A stretch of 53,052 nt of DNA from Dehalococcoidia bacterium UBA6808 (lineage in GTDB: Bacteria > Chloroflexota > Dehalococcoidia > GIF9 > UBA5629), in assembly GCA_002452695.1 (NCBI GenBank), contig DKFA01000049.1, positions 1-53,052 on the forward strand, given 5' to 3'. Made by a program: the position numbers and the translations under genes. Shown here piece after piece: positions 34,023-44,578 of this stretch (positions are counted from its first letter, which is position 1; the number at the start of each line of letters is the position of its first letter). The notes beneath the pieces were generated by a model. It had not been told where the DNA came from. It ran no database searches and saw only the letters and a program-made list of their open reading frames with translations.

Positions 34023-36731
34023 TTATACCAGATTGTCTGGTTCTAACCGACGCAGGACAAGCTTGGTTATTTCAAGTACAGGGAAGATGGACCCTGCAAT
34101 TAGAACGATTATCCCGACTTCAAGGAGATTGAAGGCAAAAGTATGGAATATAGGCTCAAGGACAGGGATGCTGAAAATCAGGACGAGCAGCATGCCTTCC
34201 CAGAGAACTGCCAGGTTAAGCCATTTATTGTTGAACATACCGACTTTGAAGATAGACTTACTATCGGAGCGGAAATTGTAAGCGGTAAAGAACTGGATGA
34301 CGACAAGGGTGGCAAAGCAAAACGCCTGGGCCTCTTCAACAGTGCGGCCGGTCATCAAGGCGCCTTTAAATATAGCCAGGTTGGCAATGGCGGACCAAAC
34401 ACCGGCGACAATCATAAGAGTCAGAATGCGCCGCGTGAAAATACTCTGACTACGCGGCCTCGGTTTACGTTTCATTATATCGAGATCAGGAGGGTCGACC
34501 GAGAGAGCTATGGCTGGAAGCCCATCGGTAGCCAGATTGACATAGAGTATCTGAATCGCAATCAGGGGCAAGGCATCGGGTGGGAACCCCAGCAAAGGGC
34601 CGAATAAAACAGCAACGGACATAATGAGTATCTCTCCCATATTGCAAGAAAGGAGATACATGAGGTATTTTTTAATATTTTCAAAAATATTTCTGCCTTC
34701 TTCAACGGCAGCGACAATAGAGGCGAAGTTATCGTCAGTTAAGATCATATCGGCAGCTTCCTTGGCAACATCTGTGCCCCGGATGCCCATGGCAACGCCG
34801 ATATCGGCCTTTTTAAGGGCGGGGGCATCATTGACGCCATCTCCGGTCATGGCAACTACATGTCCCTTCTTGGCCAGAGCCTCTACAACCTCCAATTTGT
34901 TCTCGGGAGAAACGCGGGCATAGACCTCGATTTTTTCTACAGCCGCATCGAATTCGTCGCGGCTGAGTTTGGCGAGATCGGTGCCTGTTACGGCACAACC
35001 CTGTTCCAGGATGCCGAGTTCCTGAGCAATAGCAACGGCAGTAAGCTTGTGATCGCCGGTAATCATAACCGTCTTGATGCCGGCCTGTTTACATTTGTTG
35101 ATAGAATCCTTGACCTCCGGTCGCGGAGGGTCGATCATGCCACCCAGGCCGAGCAGCACCATTCCTTTGTTGACCGATTCGTCCAATATATATCCGGCGG
35201 GCAGTCTTTTATAAGACGTACCAAGCACGCGCAGGGCATTGGACGCAAAACTTTGAATAATGCTGTTGATACGTTCTTTCTCGCTCTCATCAAGCGGTAT
35301 TTCCCGACCATCAATCCGAATATATTCGCAAGAATTGAGGATCACCTCGGCTGCACCGTTGGAATAAGCTACCGGCCCTGTTTCTTCTGTATAAATAGCG
35401 GTCATCCTCTTGGTTTCCGAGGAAAACGGTATTTCGTTTTCCCTGGGGTACCGGCTACATATGTTTTCAATCTGCAAACCCGCTTTTACTGCAGCCACAA
35501 CAAAGGCGCCTTCGGTCGGATCTCCCTTGATCTTCCAAAGGCCATCCTCTTTGAAAAGTCTGGTATCGGAGCATAAATTGGCTGAAGCAAGGTAGTGCCG
35601 CAGGTCATTATCACCGGCAGGATCGATGCTGCTGTGATTATTGAGAAAGCTGCCGGTCGGTTCATAGCCGGCGCCTGTAATATCAATGGTCTTATTGTTG
35701 ACCCAGATCTTGCGCAAGGTCATCTGGTCCTGGGTCATAGTCCCTGTTTTATCGGAACAGATAATGGTGGTGCAGCCCAGTGTTTCCACTGCTGGCAGCT
35801 TGCGTACAAGAGCATGTTTTTTAACCATTTTACTAACGCCGAGAGCCAGAGATATGGTAACGACCGCAGGAAGGGCCTCTGGAACAGCTGCCACCGCCAG
35901 GCTTACGCCCCATATCAGCATCTCAAGTGGTTCATGCCCCCGTAATACACCGAGTATTGCCAGTACAAAGCAGAGGGCAAGAGCGCCGATAGCAATCCAT
36001 TTACTCATCCTGTCCAGATTGATCTGAAGCGGTGTCTTTTCCTCTTCCACTTTCTCCAGCAACCCGGCAATCTTGCCGAACTCGGTGGAGGAACCGGTAG
36101 AAACAACCACGGCTGTTGCACGACCGTAAACAGCGATAGTTCCCATGAAGAGCATATTAATACGGTCACCCAGTACGGCCCCTTCATCAACCGGTTCACA
36201 AGATTTATCGATTGGCATCGATTCACCCGTAAGGGCTGCCTCCACCGTCCTGAGGTTATAATCAGCTACGATACGGGCATCGGCCGGGATTTTATCCCCG
36301 GTCCGGATAATTATCATATCGCCGGGTACCAGCTCGCGGGCAGGCACCTCACGTTCTTCACCGTCACGTAACACAGAGGCCAGGGGCGCCGCCATGCGTT
36401 TCAATGCCTGGATGGCCTTTTCGGCGCGGTACTCTTGAATGAACCCCAGTCCAGCCGCAAAAAGGACGATGATAAAGATTACGATGGCATCGGCGACTTC
36501 ACCGAGAATGGCAGATAAGGCGACCGCCACCAGCAGGATTATGATGAGCAGGTTTTTGAACTGCTCCAGCAGCAAGATCCAAGCGGATTTCTGTGATTTA
36601 TCCTGTAGTTCATTGTAGCCGAACTCAGCCAGTCTCCGGGCGGCCTGATCAGAAGTCAAACCTTTTTCCGATGTGTCAAGTTGGGAAAGCACTTCCTGTA
36701 CTGGTAAACTATGCCAGTTTTTGTTCTGCAT
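34023..36731 (-). CDS. Cation-transporting P-type ATPase (P2A, Ca2+-ATPase-like)
   Basis: DKTGTMT, TGDGVNDAPALKKAD, PEALPAV in TM4 and TGES are present. Length is 902 aa, with a cation-ATPase N-terminus (WHSLPVQEVL). Confidence 0.9.
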   Translation of the reverse strand: MQNKNWHSLPVQEVLSQLDTSEKGLTSDQAARRLAEFGYNELQDKSQKSAWILLLEQFKNLLIIILLVAVALSAILGEVADAIVIFIIVLFAAGLGFIQEYRAEKAIQALKRMAAPLASVLRDGEEREVPARELVPGDMIIIRTGDKIPADARIVADYNLRTVEAALTGESMPIDKSCEPVDEGAVLGDRINMLFMGTIAVYGRATAVVVSTGSSTEFGKIAGLLEKVEEEKTPLQINLDRMSKWIAIGALALCFVLAILGVLRGHEPLEMLIWGVSLAVAAVPEALPAVVTISLALGVSKMVKKHALVRKLPAVETLGCTTIICSDKTGTMTQDQMTLRKIWVNNKTIDITGAGYEPTGSFLNNHSSIDPAGDNDLRHYLASANLCSDTRLFKEDGLWKIKGDPTEGAFVVAAVKAGLQIENICSRYPRENEIPFSSETKRMTAIYTEETGPVAYSNGAAEVILNSCEYIRIDGREIPLDESEKERINSIIQSFASNALRVLGTSYKRLPAGYILDESVNKGMVLLGLGGMIDPPRPEVKDSINKCKQAGIKTVMITGDHKLTAVAIAQELGILEQGCAVTGTDLAKLSRDEFDAAVEKIEVYARVSPENKLEVVEALAKKGHVVAMTGDGVNDAPALKKADIGVAMGIRGTDVAKEAADMILTDDNFASIVAAVEEGRNIFENIKKYLMYLLSCNMGEILIMSVAVLFGPLLGFPPDALPLIAIQILYVNLATDGLPAIALSVDPPDLDIMKRKPRPRSQSIFTRRILTLMIVAGVWSAIANLAIFKGALMTGRTVEEAQAFCFATLVVIQFFTAYNFRSDSKSIFKVGMFNNKWLNLAVLWEGMLLVLIFSIPVLEPIFHTFAFNLLEVGIIVLIAGSIFPVLEITKLVLRRLEPDNLV

Positions 36732-36830
36732 GGTTTTCGTCCCTGTTAAAAATTGAAAATAGCGACTAAGGCAAAATTATATCATCCTTTAGTTGTCAGT
36801 CCAAAGTGATCGGTCAGTTCATTGTCGTGT

Positions 36831-36859
36831 TTGGTCGACTGAGATGAGAATGATATAAT
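36831..36859 (+). promoter_or_regulatory. Candidate promoter for the tandem tRNA-Ser genes
   Basis: TTGGTC, 17 nt spacer, then TATAAT. It ends 11 nt before the first tRNA. Confidence 0.45.
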
Positions 36860-36870
36860 AGACCGTCAGC

Positions 36871-36956
36871 GGAGAGGTGACCGAGTGGCTTATGGTGCCG
36901 CTCTCGAAAAGCGGTGGGCGAGAGCCTCGTGGGTTCGAATCCCACCCTCTCCGCCA
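36871..36956 (+). tRNA. tRNA-Ser (anticodon CGA), CCA encoded
   Basis: Acceptor GGAGAGG/CCTCTCC, anticodon stem CCGCT/AGCGG, loop CTCGAAA, and a long variable arm. Confidence 0.9.
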
Positions 36957-36969
36957 TATTATTAACATT

Positions 36970-37058
<89 letters not shown>

Positions 37059-37074
37059 TTTGTAATCTGGCGGA

Positions 37075-37923
37075 ATGACAGAAATGAACAAGACCCAAAT
37101 CAAAGTCGGATTGGCCCTGGGCAGCGGGGCGGCGAGAGGCATCGCACATATCGGTGTTATCAAGGCGCTTGAGGAAGCACAGGTCCCCATAAACTACATC
37201 GCCGGCACCAGCATGGGAGCGCTGGTAGGCGCATGTTATGCGGTCGATGCTAACATCTCGCTGCTTGAGGAGATTGCCTTAGCCACCACTCCGAAGAAGC
37301 TGTCAGGATTGCTTGACCCGAAGTTCTCGATTTTCAGGGCCGGATTGCTTGGCGGCAAAAAAGTGGAAAGATTTCTTAGAGATATCATCGGGGATATCGA
37401 TATCGAGAAATGTCTGATTCCCTATAGCGCTGTAGCTTGCGAACTTAAAACCGGGCGTGATATTGTGCTTGCCACAGGCCCCCTGATCAAGGCGGTGCGA
37501 GCCAGTATCTCCATTCCAGGTGTTTTTGTCCCTGTCTTATACAACGGTCTATACCTTGTAGACGGGGGTACGGTAAACCCTGTGCCGGCAGACGTGGTCA
37601 GGTCTATGGGGGCCAATTTCATTATTGCAGTCAATGTGCTGAATGACCCTAAGAAGCGCCCAAGACTGGGCTTGACCGGGGATAAAAAATCGGACAGGAT
37701 GCCATCTATTTTTAACACTATCATCCAGTCACTATATGTCATGGAATACGGTATAGTCAGGGCCAACCTGCTAAAAGCCGATATATTGATCGAACCTGAT
37801 GTAAGCGCCATCGAATCATACGAATTTTATCGGGGCAGCTACGCCATTGAAGCAGGTTATAAAGCGGCTTTACCGGTTATGCCGGAGATAAAAAACCTGC
37901 TCGAGCAATTTGAACATGCGTGA
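37075..37923 (+). CDS. Patatin-like phospholipase (RssA-like)
   Basis: The oxyanion motif GSGAARG, the nucleophile motif GTSMG (GxSxG) and the catalytic Asp in VDGG are present. Confidence 0.88.
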   Translation: MTEMNKTQIKVGLALGSGAARGIAHIGVIKALEEAQVPINYIAGTSMGALVGACYAVDANISLLEEIALATTPKKLSGLLDPKFSIFRAGLLGGKKVERFLRDIIGDIDIEKCLIPYSAVACELKTGRDIVLATGPLIKAVRASISIPGVFVPVLYNGLYLVDGGTVNPVPADVVRSMGANFIIAVNVLNDPKKRPRLGLTGDKKSDRMPSIFNTIIQSLYVMEYGIVRANLLKADILIEPDVSAIESYEFYRGSYAIEAGYKAALPVMPEIKNLLEQFEHA

Positions 37924-38018
37924 TAACCTGGCATTATGCCGGGAGTCTTTAGTCTATTAGCCGGTCCCCGTAATTGTTTTGGCCTTTTACTCTGCTATGT
38001 TAAAATAGCTCGATTTAT

Positions 38019-39119
38019 ATGCCTTCTGCGGACGAATTAAAGTACTGGATAGGGTTCACTCGCATTCCTGGCATCGGCAGGGTGCGTCTCTGTATGCTGA
38101 GAGAACGGCTCGGTTCCCTATCAAATGTATGGGCTGCTTCTAAAAGCGACCTGCTGCATTGCGGCCTTGAAGAAAAATTGGCATCCGTCCTGATTCAAAC
38201 CAGAGAAAAAATGTCTTTGGACGGAGAAATGGAAGAAATGGCCAGGTACGGTATAAGTGCGATTTCTTTTGAATCCGAGCAGTACCCGCAAATGTTGAAG
38301 GAAATCAGTGATTACCCTGCTGTCCTGTTTGTGCGCGGTGAAATACAACCGCGTGACGAAAACAGCCTGGCGGTAGTCGGCACACGTCGGGCCACAGCCT
38401 ACGGCAGACAGGTAACGGAGGAGCTTGTCAGTAGCCTTGCGCTGAACGGTATAACAATCATCAGCGGACTGGCCAAGGGCATAGATACGGCCGCGCATAA
38501 AGCGACATTGGAGGCTGGGGGAAGAACGCTGGCAGTTTTTGCCTGTGGGCTTGATATAGTATATCCGCCTGAGAACGTAAAACTGGCCCGTGAGATTATG
38601 GAAAAGGGCGCTCTGATCAGCGAGTATCCGCTGGGGACCAGGCCGAAGGCCGAACACTTTCCACAAAGGAACAGAATACTCAGCGGCCTGAGCCGGGGCG
38701 TGCTGGTAGTGGAATGCGGCGAAAGCAGCGGCGCATTGATCACTGCGGAATTCGCTCTTCAGCAAAACAGAGAAGTATTTGCCGTGCCGGGCAGTGTGAT
38801 GTCACCGATGAGCAAGGGGCCTAATTACCTGATACAGCAGGGCGCCAAGCTGGTGAGAAATCATAAAGATATACTGGAAGAGCTTAATTTGACTGAGATA
38901 GCGCAGCAGATACAGATGCAGGCTATCAACGCATCTAATGAAATAGAATCCATTATAATAAAATGCATCGGCGACGGGCAAGGGCATATCGACCAGATTT
39001 GCAGAGCCACCGGCCTGAATGCCGCAATAATACAGAGTAGTCTGGCCATGATGGAAATCAACGGCCAGATAAAACATACCGGAAACCTGAATTATGTACT
39101 GAATAAGAGTATGATTTAA
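38019..39119 (+). CDS. dprA: DNA-processing protein DprA (Smf)
   Basis: It has the Rossmann-like DprA core (AVVGTRRATAYG, SGLAKGID..AH, SEYPLGT...FPQRNRI.SGLS) and the usual dprA-topA synteny. Confidence 0.9.
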   Translation: MPSADELKYWIGFTRIPGIGRVRLCMLRERLGSLSNVWAASKSDLLHCGLEEKLASVLIQTREKMSLDGEMEEMARYGISAISFESEQYPQMLKEISDYPAVLFVRGEIQPRDENSLAVVGTRRATAYGRQVTEELVSSLALNGITIISGLAKGIDTAAHKATLEAGGRTLAVFACGLDIVYPPENVKLAREIMEKGALISEYPLGTRPKAEHFPQRNRILSGLSRGVLVVECGESSGALITAEFALQQNREVFAVPGSVMSPMSKGPNYLIQQGAKLVRNHKDILEELNLTEIAQQIQMQAINASNEIESIIIKCIGDGQGHIDQICRATGLNAAIIQSSLAMMEINGQIKHTGNLNYVLNKSMI

Positions 39120-39141
39120 AATCGTAAATCGCAGGGAAAAA

Positions 39142-41397
39142 ATGGCTGTTAAACTTGTTATCGTCGAATCCCCGGCAAAAGCCAAAACACTGAATAAAAT
39201 ACTGGGCAAAAGCTATGTTATCCGGGCCACTATGGGGCACGTACGCGATCTGCCGGCAAACAGCCTTGGTATCAATATTGAGCACGGATTTGAACCGGTA
39301 TATCGCTTAATACCCCAACGCAAAGCGGTGATCAATGAGATCAAAGACCTGGCCAAAACCGCGTCAGCCGTTTTCCTGGCAACCGACCCCGATCGGGAAG
39401 GCGAGGCCATTTCCTGGCACCTGATCGAAGCTGCCAAACTGGATAAAGGGAAGGCGCCGCTACACAGGGTCACTTTCCACGAGATTACAAGGGAAGCGGT
39501 TGAGGAAGCATTCCGACATCCCCGCCTGGTAGACATGCGGATGGTAGATGCGCAGCAGGCCAGGCGCGTGCTTGATCGTCTGGTGGGCTATAAACTCAGT
39601 CCACTGCTTTGGAAAAAAGTGCTGAAAGGACTTTCGGCAGGCAGGGTTCAATCGGCTGCGGTGAGGCTGGTTGTCGACAGAGAAAGGGAAATACTCGCTT
39701 TTGTGCCGGTGGAATACTGGACGATTGAAGCAGAATTAAAGCAAAAAGATAAGAAGAATGGCAGTTTCAGAGCGCAATTCATAGGTTATGAAAGGGGCAA
39801 GAAGCTGCCCATACCTGACAAACAGCGCTGCGACGAGATAGTAGCAGACCTCAAGATGTCGAAATACAGCGTTAGCGCTGTAGACAGAAAAGAGGTCAAC
39901 CGGCAGCCGGCTCCGCCCTTCATCACCAGCACCCTGCAGCAGGAAGCTGTACGCAAGCTCCACTTTACGGCTAAAAAGACCATGATGATAGCGCAACAGT
40001 TGTACGAAGGTTTGCCGATCGGGGAAGAAGGCGATACAGGGTTGATTACGTATATGCGCACAGACTCCACTCACATGGCGGCTACTGCAATAGATGAGAT
40101 AAGAGACTATATAAAAGCATCTTTTGAAGGCAAATATCTTCCACCTTCAGCCCGGCATTTCAGCAAGAAAGTCAAGATGGCACAAGAAGCGCATGAAGCC
40201 ATCAGGCCCACCAGGGCCCACAGGGAGCCCGTGCAAATCAAGAAATTTCTTAATAGAGATCAATTTGCGCTGTATGAACTGATATGGAAACGCGCCATCG
40301 CAAGCCAGATGTCCAATGCCCTTTACGATACACTTACCATTGACATTAAGGCGGCAAGCCCCGCCTCTAAAAAATCATATCTGCTTCAGACCAAAGCTTC
40401 GTCGCTGAAATTCCCGGGGTTTATGGCGCTTTACATTGAAGGAAAGGACGAAGAGAAAGACGAGTTTGATGAGGATCAGAATGTGATTCCACAGCTTTCC
40501 CTGGGCGAGATTCTCGAGCTTGTCCAGCTATTCCCGGCGCAGTTTTTTACTCAACCACCTGCCCGTTATACAGAAGCTACCCTGATCAAGGCTCTTGAGC
40601 AAAAAGGCATCGGGCGGCCCAGTACATATGCTCCTATTATCTCGACAATTCTGGACAGAGGTTATGTATATAAGGATGGGGGCAAACTGCGTCCGGAAGA
40701 GATAGGCATGATAGTCAACGATCTGCTGGTATCCAGTTTCCCAAATATTGTAGATTTTAATTTTACAGCCAAGATGGAGGATGAACTGGATGAGATCGCA
40801 AAAGGAAAACTCAAATGGTCATCGGTTATCAAATCGTTTTACGGCCCGTTTGACAATGACCTGCGTGAGGCGCAGACCAATATCCCGAAGATTGTGATTA
40901 AAGCGGAGGAGAAATGCCCCGAATGCGGCGGACCGATGGTGGTGAAATCAAGCAGATTCGGAAAGTTCCTGGCCTGCGAAAATTATCCCGAATGCAAGGG
41001 GAAAAAGCCGCTTAATTCAGGCGTCAGAAATGGTAGCCAGAAAGAAGCGCCGGAAGGCGAAACACCAACGGAACCCTGCCCGATTTGCGGAAAGACCATG
41101 ATAGTGAAAGCAGGACGTTACGGCCGGTTTTTGGCCTGCCCTGATTACCCTAAATGCACGGGTAAAATGGCGTTGGGGCAAAAAAACTGGCAAAAGCCCA
41201 GCGACAGCGGCAACGAGAACAGCAAGATGAAAGCAAGTGAAGAGAAGTGCCCTGAGTGCGGCAGCGAGATGGTGCTTAAATATGGCAAATTCGGCAAATT
41301 TCTGGCTTGCAGCAGGTATCCTGACTGCAAAACAACTAAAAGAATTTACAAATATCATGGAAAGAAAGTTGCTTCTGAACAGGGCGAAGAGCGATAG
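39142..41397 (+). CDS. topA: DNA topoisomerase I with three C-terminal zinc ribbons
   Basis: The TOPRIM N-terminus is LVIVESPAKAKT, the active-site Tyr lies in ITYMRTDS, and there are three CPxCG...C..YP.C repeats. Confidence 0.95.
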   Translation: MAVKLVIVESPAKAKTLNKILGKSYVIRATMGHVRDLPANSLGINIEHGFEPVYRLIPQRKAVINEIKDLAKTASAVFLATDPDREGEAISWHLIEAAKLDKGKAPLHRVTFHEITREAVEEAFRHPRLVDMRMVDAQQARRVLDRLVGYKLSPLLWKKVLKGLSAGRVQSAAVRLVVDREREILAFVPVEYWTIEAELKQKDKKNGSFRAQFIGYERGKKLPIPDKQRCDEIVADLKMSKYSVSAVDRKEVNRQPAPPFITSTLQQEAVRKLHFTAKKTMMIAQQLYEGLPIGEEGDTGLITYMRTDSTHMAATAIDEIRDYIKASFEGKYLPPSARHFSKKVKMAQEAHEAIRPTRAHREPVQIKKFLNRDQFALYELIWKRAIASQMSNALYDTLTIDIKAASPASKKSYLLQTKASSLKFPGFMALYIEGKDEEKDEFDEDQNVIPQLSLGEILELVQLFPAQFFTQPPARYTEATLIKALEQKGIGRPSTYAPIISTILDRGYVYKDGGKLRPEEIGMIVNDLLVSSFPNIVDFNFTAKMEDELDEIAKGKLKWSSVIKSFYGPFDNDLREAQTNIPKIVIKAEEKCPECGGPMVVKSSRFGKFLACENYPECKGKKPLNSGVRNGSQKEAPEGETPTEPCPICGKTMIVKAGRYGRFLACPDYPKCTGKMALGQKNWQKPSDSGNENSKMKASEEKCPECGSEMVLKYGKFGKFLACSRYPDCKTTKRIYKYHGKKVASEQGEER

Positions 41398-41400
41398 TAT

Positions 41401-42486
41401 ATGCTGAACAGGTTAAATGCGCTCCGCCGGAAGTTGGAAATTGAAGGGATTGACGGTATCCTGATCGGATATCCCTGCAACCGCAGATACATCACAGGGT
41501 TTACCGGATCAGCAGGTTGGGTTATCGTAACACAGACAAGAGCCGTGCTGGCGGTGGATTTCAGATATGTGGAACAGGCCAGATCTGAGTCCCCTGCATT
41601 TGAGATAAGCTACATCACAAGCGATGTTAGCGAATGGCTTCCCTCCCGCCTTGTAGACCTGGGTATTATCAAGCTTGGAATCGAGGTTGATCACATGACC
41701 GTTTCCCAGTACCAAGCAATAATAAAATCCCTGCGCGAGAAAGCTGGTTTGGTACAGATCGTACAAACTACCGATATGGTTGAGTCATTAAGGATTATCA
41801 AAGATGCCGAGGAGCTAACTTGCATCGCTAAAGCGTGCGACATAGCGGATCTGGCTGTGACGTACATCAGGTCACATCTGAGGACTGGAATAACCGAGAA
41901 GCAGTTTGCCTGGGAGCTGGAAAGTTTTATGCGGCAGAATGAGAGCGGTTTGATGCCGTTCGATATAATAGTTGCCTCCGGCACCAATGCTGCGTTGCCG
42001 CATGCGCGTCCCGGTGAAAAGGTGATTGGGGAAGGGGAACCCATAATAATCGACCTGGGCGCCAGCTATCATGGGTATTGCAGCGACATGACCCGCACAT
42101 TTATAATTGGGAAAGAAGACAATACTTTTAATAATATCTATAATATCGTATTGAGCGCCCAGAACGCAGGGTTGACGTTGATAAAACCTGAAATGGAGTG
42201 CTCAGCCGCCGATGGGCTGGTGAGGTCCATGATCAGCAACGCCGGTTATGGAGAAAACTTCGGACACGGTTTAGGGCATGGCGTGGGACTTGAAACGCAT
42301 GAAGCACCCAGGCTGGGGACCCGGAGCAGCGATAAGCTCCAGGAAGGCATGGTTTTCACAGTGGAACCAGGCATATATATCCCGGGTTGGGGAGGCATAA
42401 GGATCGAAGATACTGTTACAATAAAGGACGGAAAAATTATCTGTCTGACAAAATCGGATAAAAACGCCCTGATATCTGGAGGATAA
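41401..42486 (+). CDS. pepP: Xaa-Pro aminopeptidase (M24B family)
   Basis: Metal ligands lie in IIDLGASYHGYCSDMTRT, HGLGHGVGLETHE, EPG and IRIEDT. pepP-efp synteny is present. Confidence 0.85.
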   Translation: MLNRLNALRRKLEIEGIDGILIGYPCNRRYITGFTGSAGWVIVTQTRAVLAVDFRYVEQARSESPAFEISYITSDVSEWLPSRLVDLGIIKLGIEVDHMTVSQYQAIIKSLREKAGLVQIVQTTDMVESLRIIKDAEELTCIAKACDIADLAVTYIRSHLRTGITEKQFAWELESFMRQNESGLMPFDIIVASGTNAALPHARPGEKVIGEGEPIIIDLGASYHGYCSDMTRTFIIGKEDNTFNNIYNIVLSAQNAGLTLIKPEMECSAADGLVRSMISNAGYGENFGHGLGHGVGLETHEAPRLGTRSSDKLQEGMVFTVEPGIYIPGWGGIRIEDTVTIKDGKIICLTKSDKNALISGG

Positions 42487-42491
42487 ATGCC

Positions 42492-43049
42492 ATGATCGAT
42501 GCAGGTGAATTAAAAAAGGGAATCACAATAATGCTGGACGGTCAGTTGTACCAGGTGCTTGACTATAACCATATCAAAATGGGAAGGGGTTCAGCGCAGA
42601 TTAGAATACGTTTAAGAGACATCAAGGGCGGGCATACGATTGAGAAGTCATTTCAGGCCAGTGAAAAATTTGCCAAAGTATTTTTGGAAAGACGCCCTGT
42701 GCAGTATCTGTATAACGATGGTGATCTATTCCATTTTATGGATGCCGAGACATATGAACAGTTTGCGGTGGAGAAAGCATTGATCGGCGATGCCATCAAC
42801 TATATGAAGGAAAATATGAACCTTGAGATTGTCATATACAAGGGCACAGCTATAGGCGTAGAATTGCCCGTTTCGGTCGAGTTGCAAATAGTGGAAACAG
42901 GGCCGGGATTTAAAGGTAATACGGCCAGCGCGGGAGGCAAACCAGCCAAGCTGGAGACGGGTATCACGATCCAGGTGCCCTTCTTCCTCAACACTGGCGA
43001 TAAGATTAAAGTCGACACCAGGACTGGCGAATATCTGGAAAGGCTCTGA
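42492..43049 (+). CDS. efp: Elongation factor P (Arg-type loop tip)
   Basis: It aligns without gaps to E. coli EF-P over the N-terminal domain (IMLDG..Y.V......K.G.G.A) and has the C-terminal KVDTRTGEY. Confidence 0.95.
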   Translation: MIDAGELKKGITIMLDGQLYQVLDYNHIKMGRGSAQIRIRLRDIKGGHTIEKSFQASEKFAKVFLERRPVQYLYNDGDLFHFMDAETYEQFAVEKALIGDAINYMKENMNLEIVIYKGTAIGVELPVSVELQIVETGPGFKGNTASAGGKPAKLETGITIQVPFFLNTGDKIKVDTRTGEYLERL

Positions 43050-43052
43050 CCG

Positions 43053-43712
43053 TTGCTTAATGCCGACCTGCATGTGCATAGCTGGCGCTCAGTTGATTCC
43101 TATATGTCCTACGATCAATTGATCAAGGCCTGCCAGACCAAAGGCATCGATTGTATTGGTCTTTCCGACCACGGCACTACCAGAGGCGCCCGGGACCTGG
43201 CCAGAATCGCCCCCTTCAAGGTCATAGTCTGCGAAGAGATTATGACCCCATACGGCGAGATCATGGGCATGTTTTTAAATGAGGACATCCCCAATAATAT
43301 CTCTGTTGAAGACACGATCAGGCGGATACGTGAGCAAAATGGCCTGGTCTGTATCCCCCACCCTTTTGACAGGGTTCGTCCGTCCGCCTTCCGCAACCTG
43401 AAAAAGCTGGAAAGCATCATGGACGAGGTCGATATCATAGAGGTATTCAACTCCCGCAGCCTTTATCCGGGCATCGGCAAGAAGTCCATTGAGCTAGCGC
43501 AGCGTTTTCACAAGGTCATGAGCGCCGGGTCGGATGCGCACAGTCCGGCTGAGATCGGCTATGTGCACATAGCGATGGAAGATTTTAATAACAACACAGA
43601 ATTTCTGGACTCCCTGTCAAAGGCAAAGATCGATGGCAGGAAATCCAACGTGCTGTTGCATTTGGTCAGCACTACAGCCAGATTGCGCAAACGAAGCAAC
43701 AGGGAAGAATAA
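43053..43712 (+). CDS. PHP-domain metal-dependent phosphoesterase
   Basis: It has a TTG start. DLHVHSWRSVDS, GLSDHGT, IPHPFD and GSDAHS are PHP His/Asp motifs. Confidence 0.75.
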   Translation: MLNADLHVHSWRSVDSYMSYDQLIKACQTKGIDCIGLSDHGTTRGARDLARIAPFKVIVCEEIMTPYGEIMGMFLNEDIPNNISVEDTIRRIREQNGLVCIPHPFDRVRPSAFRNLKKLESIMDEVDIIEVFNSRSLYPGIGKKSIELAQRFHKVMSAGSDAHSPAEIGYVHIAMEDFNNNTEFLDSLSKAKIDGRKSNVLLHLVSTTARLRKRSNREE

Positions 43713-44524
43713 TGCTGAAGATCGGCTGGTTTTCTACCGCAAGGGGGGACAGTTCGAGGAATTTGCTTATCGAAGCTGTTAACAGCATAGAGAAGGGCGA
43801 GCTTAAGGCTAAGATAGAGTTCGTCTTCTGTAGCAGGGAACCAGGGGAGGCAGAGAAGACGGATAGATTTATAGACCTTGTAAACAAATATCAGATACCT
43901 CTGGTCTGCCTGTCGGTAAAGAAATTTGCCGCAGCCCGCCAGCAAAATATTGCAGTGAAAGATGAGCAACTGCCGGACTGGCGAATGGAATACGACCGTA
44001 AGGTGATGTCGCTGTTAAGTAATTACAACGTAGATATTTGTATCCTGGCAGGGTACATGTTGATCGTTGGCAGTGAGATGTGCAGCAGGTACGATATGAT
44101 CAACCTGCATCCTGCTTTGCCGGACGGTCCCAAAGGCACCTGGCAGGAGGTTATCTGGCAGTTGATTAGCGAGAAAGCCACACGTTCCGGCGTGATGATG
44201 CACCTGGTTACTCCGCAGCTCGACAGGGGGCCTGTGATAACCTATTGCAGCTATGCTATTACAGGACCCGACTTCGATGATTTGTGGTATCAAATAGACA
44301 CTGCCTCAATATCAAAAATCAAGATTGAGCAGGGTGAAGAGAACAGCCTTTTTAAAGCCATCCGCAGGGCCGGCTTCAGCAGGGAAATCCCCTTGATCAT
44401 CCATACGTTAAAAGCCTTCAGCGAAGGCAGGATAAGGATCAATGCCGATAAGAAGCTGGCCGATGCGTCAGGAAAGATAATAAATGGCTACGACCTAACA
44501 GCGGAGATAAACAGGGTTGTTTGA
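43712..44524 (+). CDS. Formyltransferase-domain protein (PurN-like, extended C-terminus)
   Basis: MINLHPALP (Asn/His) and HLVTPQLDRGPVI (Asp) match the PurN catalytic triad context. The N-terminal GAR-binding loop is divergent, and the protein is 270 aa. Confidence 0.7.
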   Translation: MLKIGWFSTARGDSSRNLLIEAVNSIEKGELKAKIEFVFCSREPGEAEKTDRFIDLVNKYQIPLVCLSVKKFAAARQQNIAVKDEQLPDWRMEYDRKVMSLLSNYNVDICILAGYMLIVGSEMCSRYDMINLHPALPDGPKGTWQEVIWQLISEKATRSGVMMHLVTPQLDRGPVITYCSYAITGPDFDDLWYQIDTASISKIKIEQGEENSLFKAIRRAGFSREIPLIIHTLKAFSEGRIRINADKKLADASGKIINGYDLTAEINRVV

Positions 44525-44550
44525 TCTGTAAAATGATGGATAAATAAACA

Positions 44551-44571
44551 AGGGCTGCTTGGCCAAGCCCC
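44551..44571. terminator. Possible bidirectional terminator between the convergent formyltransferase-like gene and clpP
   Basis: AGGGCTGCTTGGCCAAGCCCCT is an imperfect hairpin flanked by T/A-rich runs on both sides. Confidence 0.35.
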
Positions 44572-44578
44572 TCGTTAT

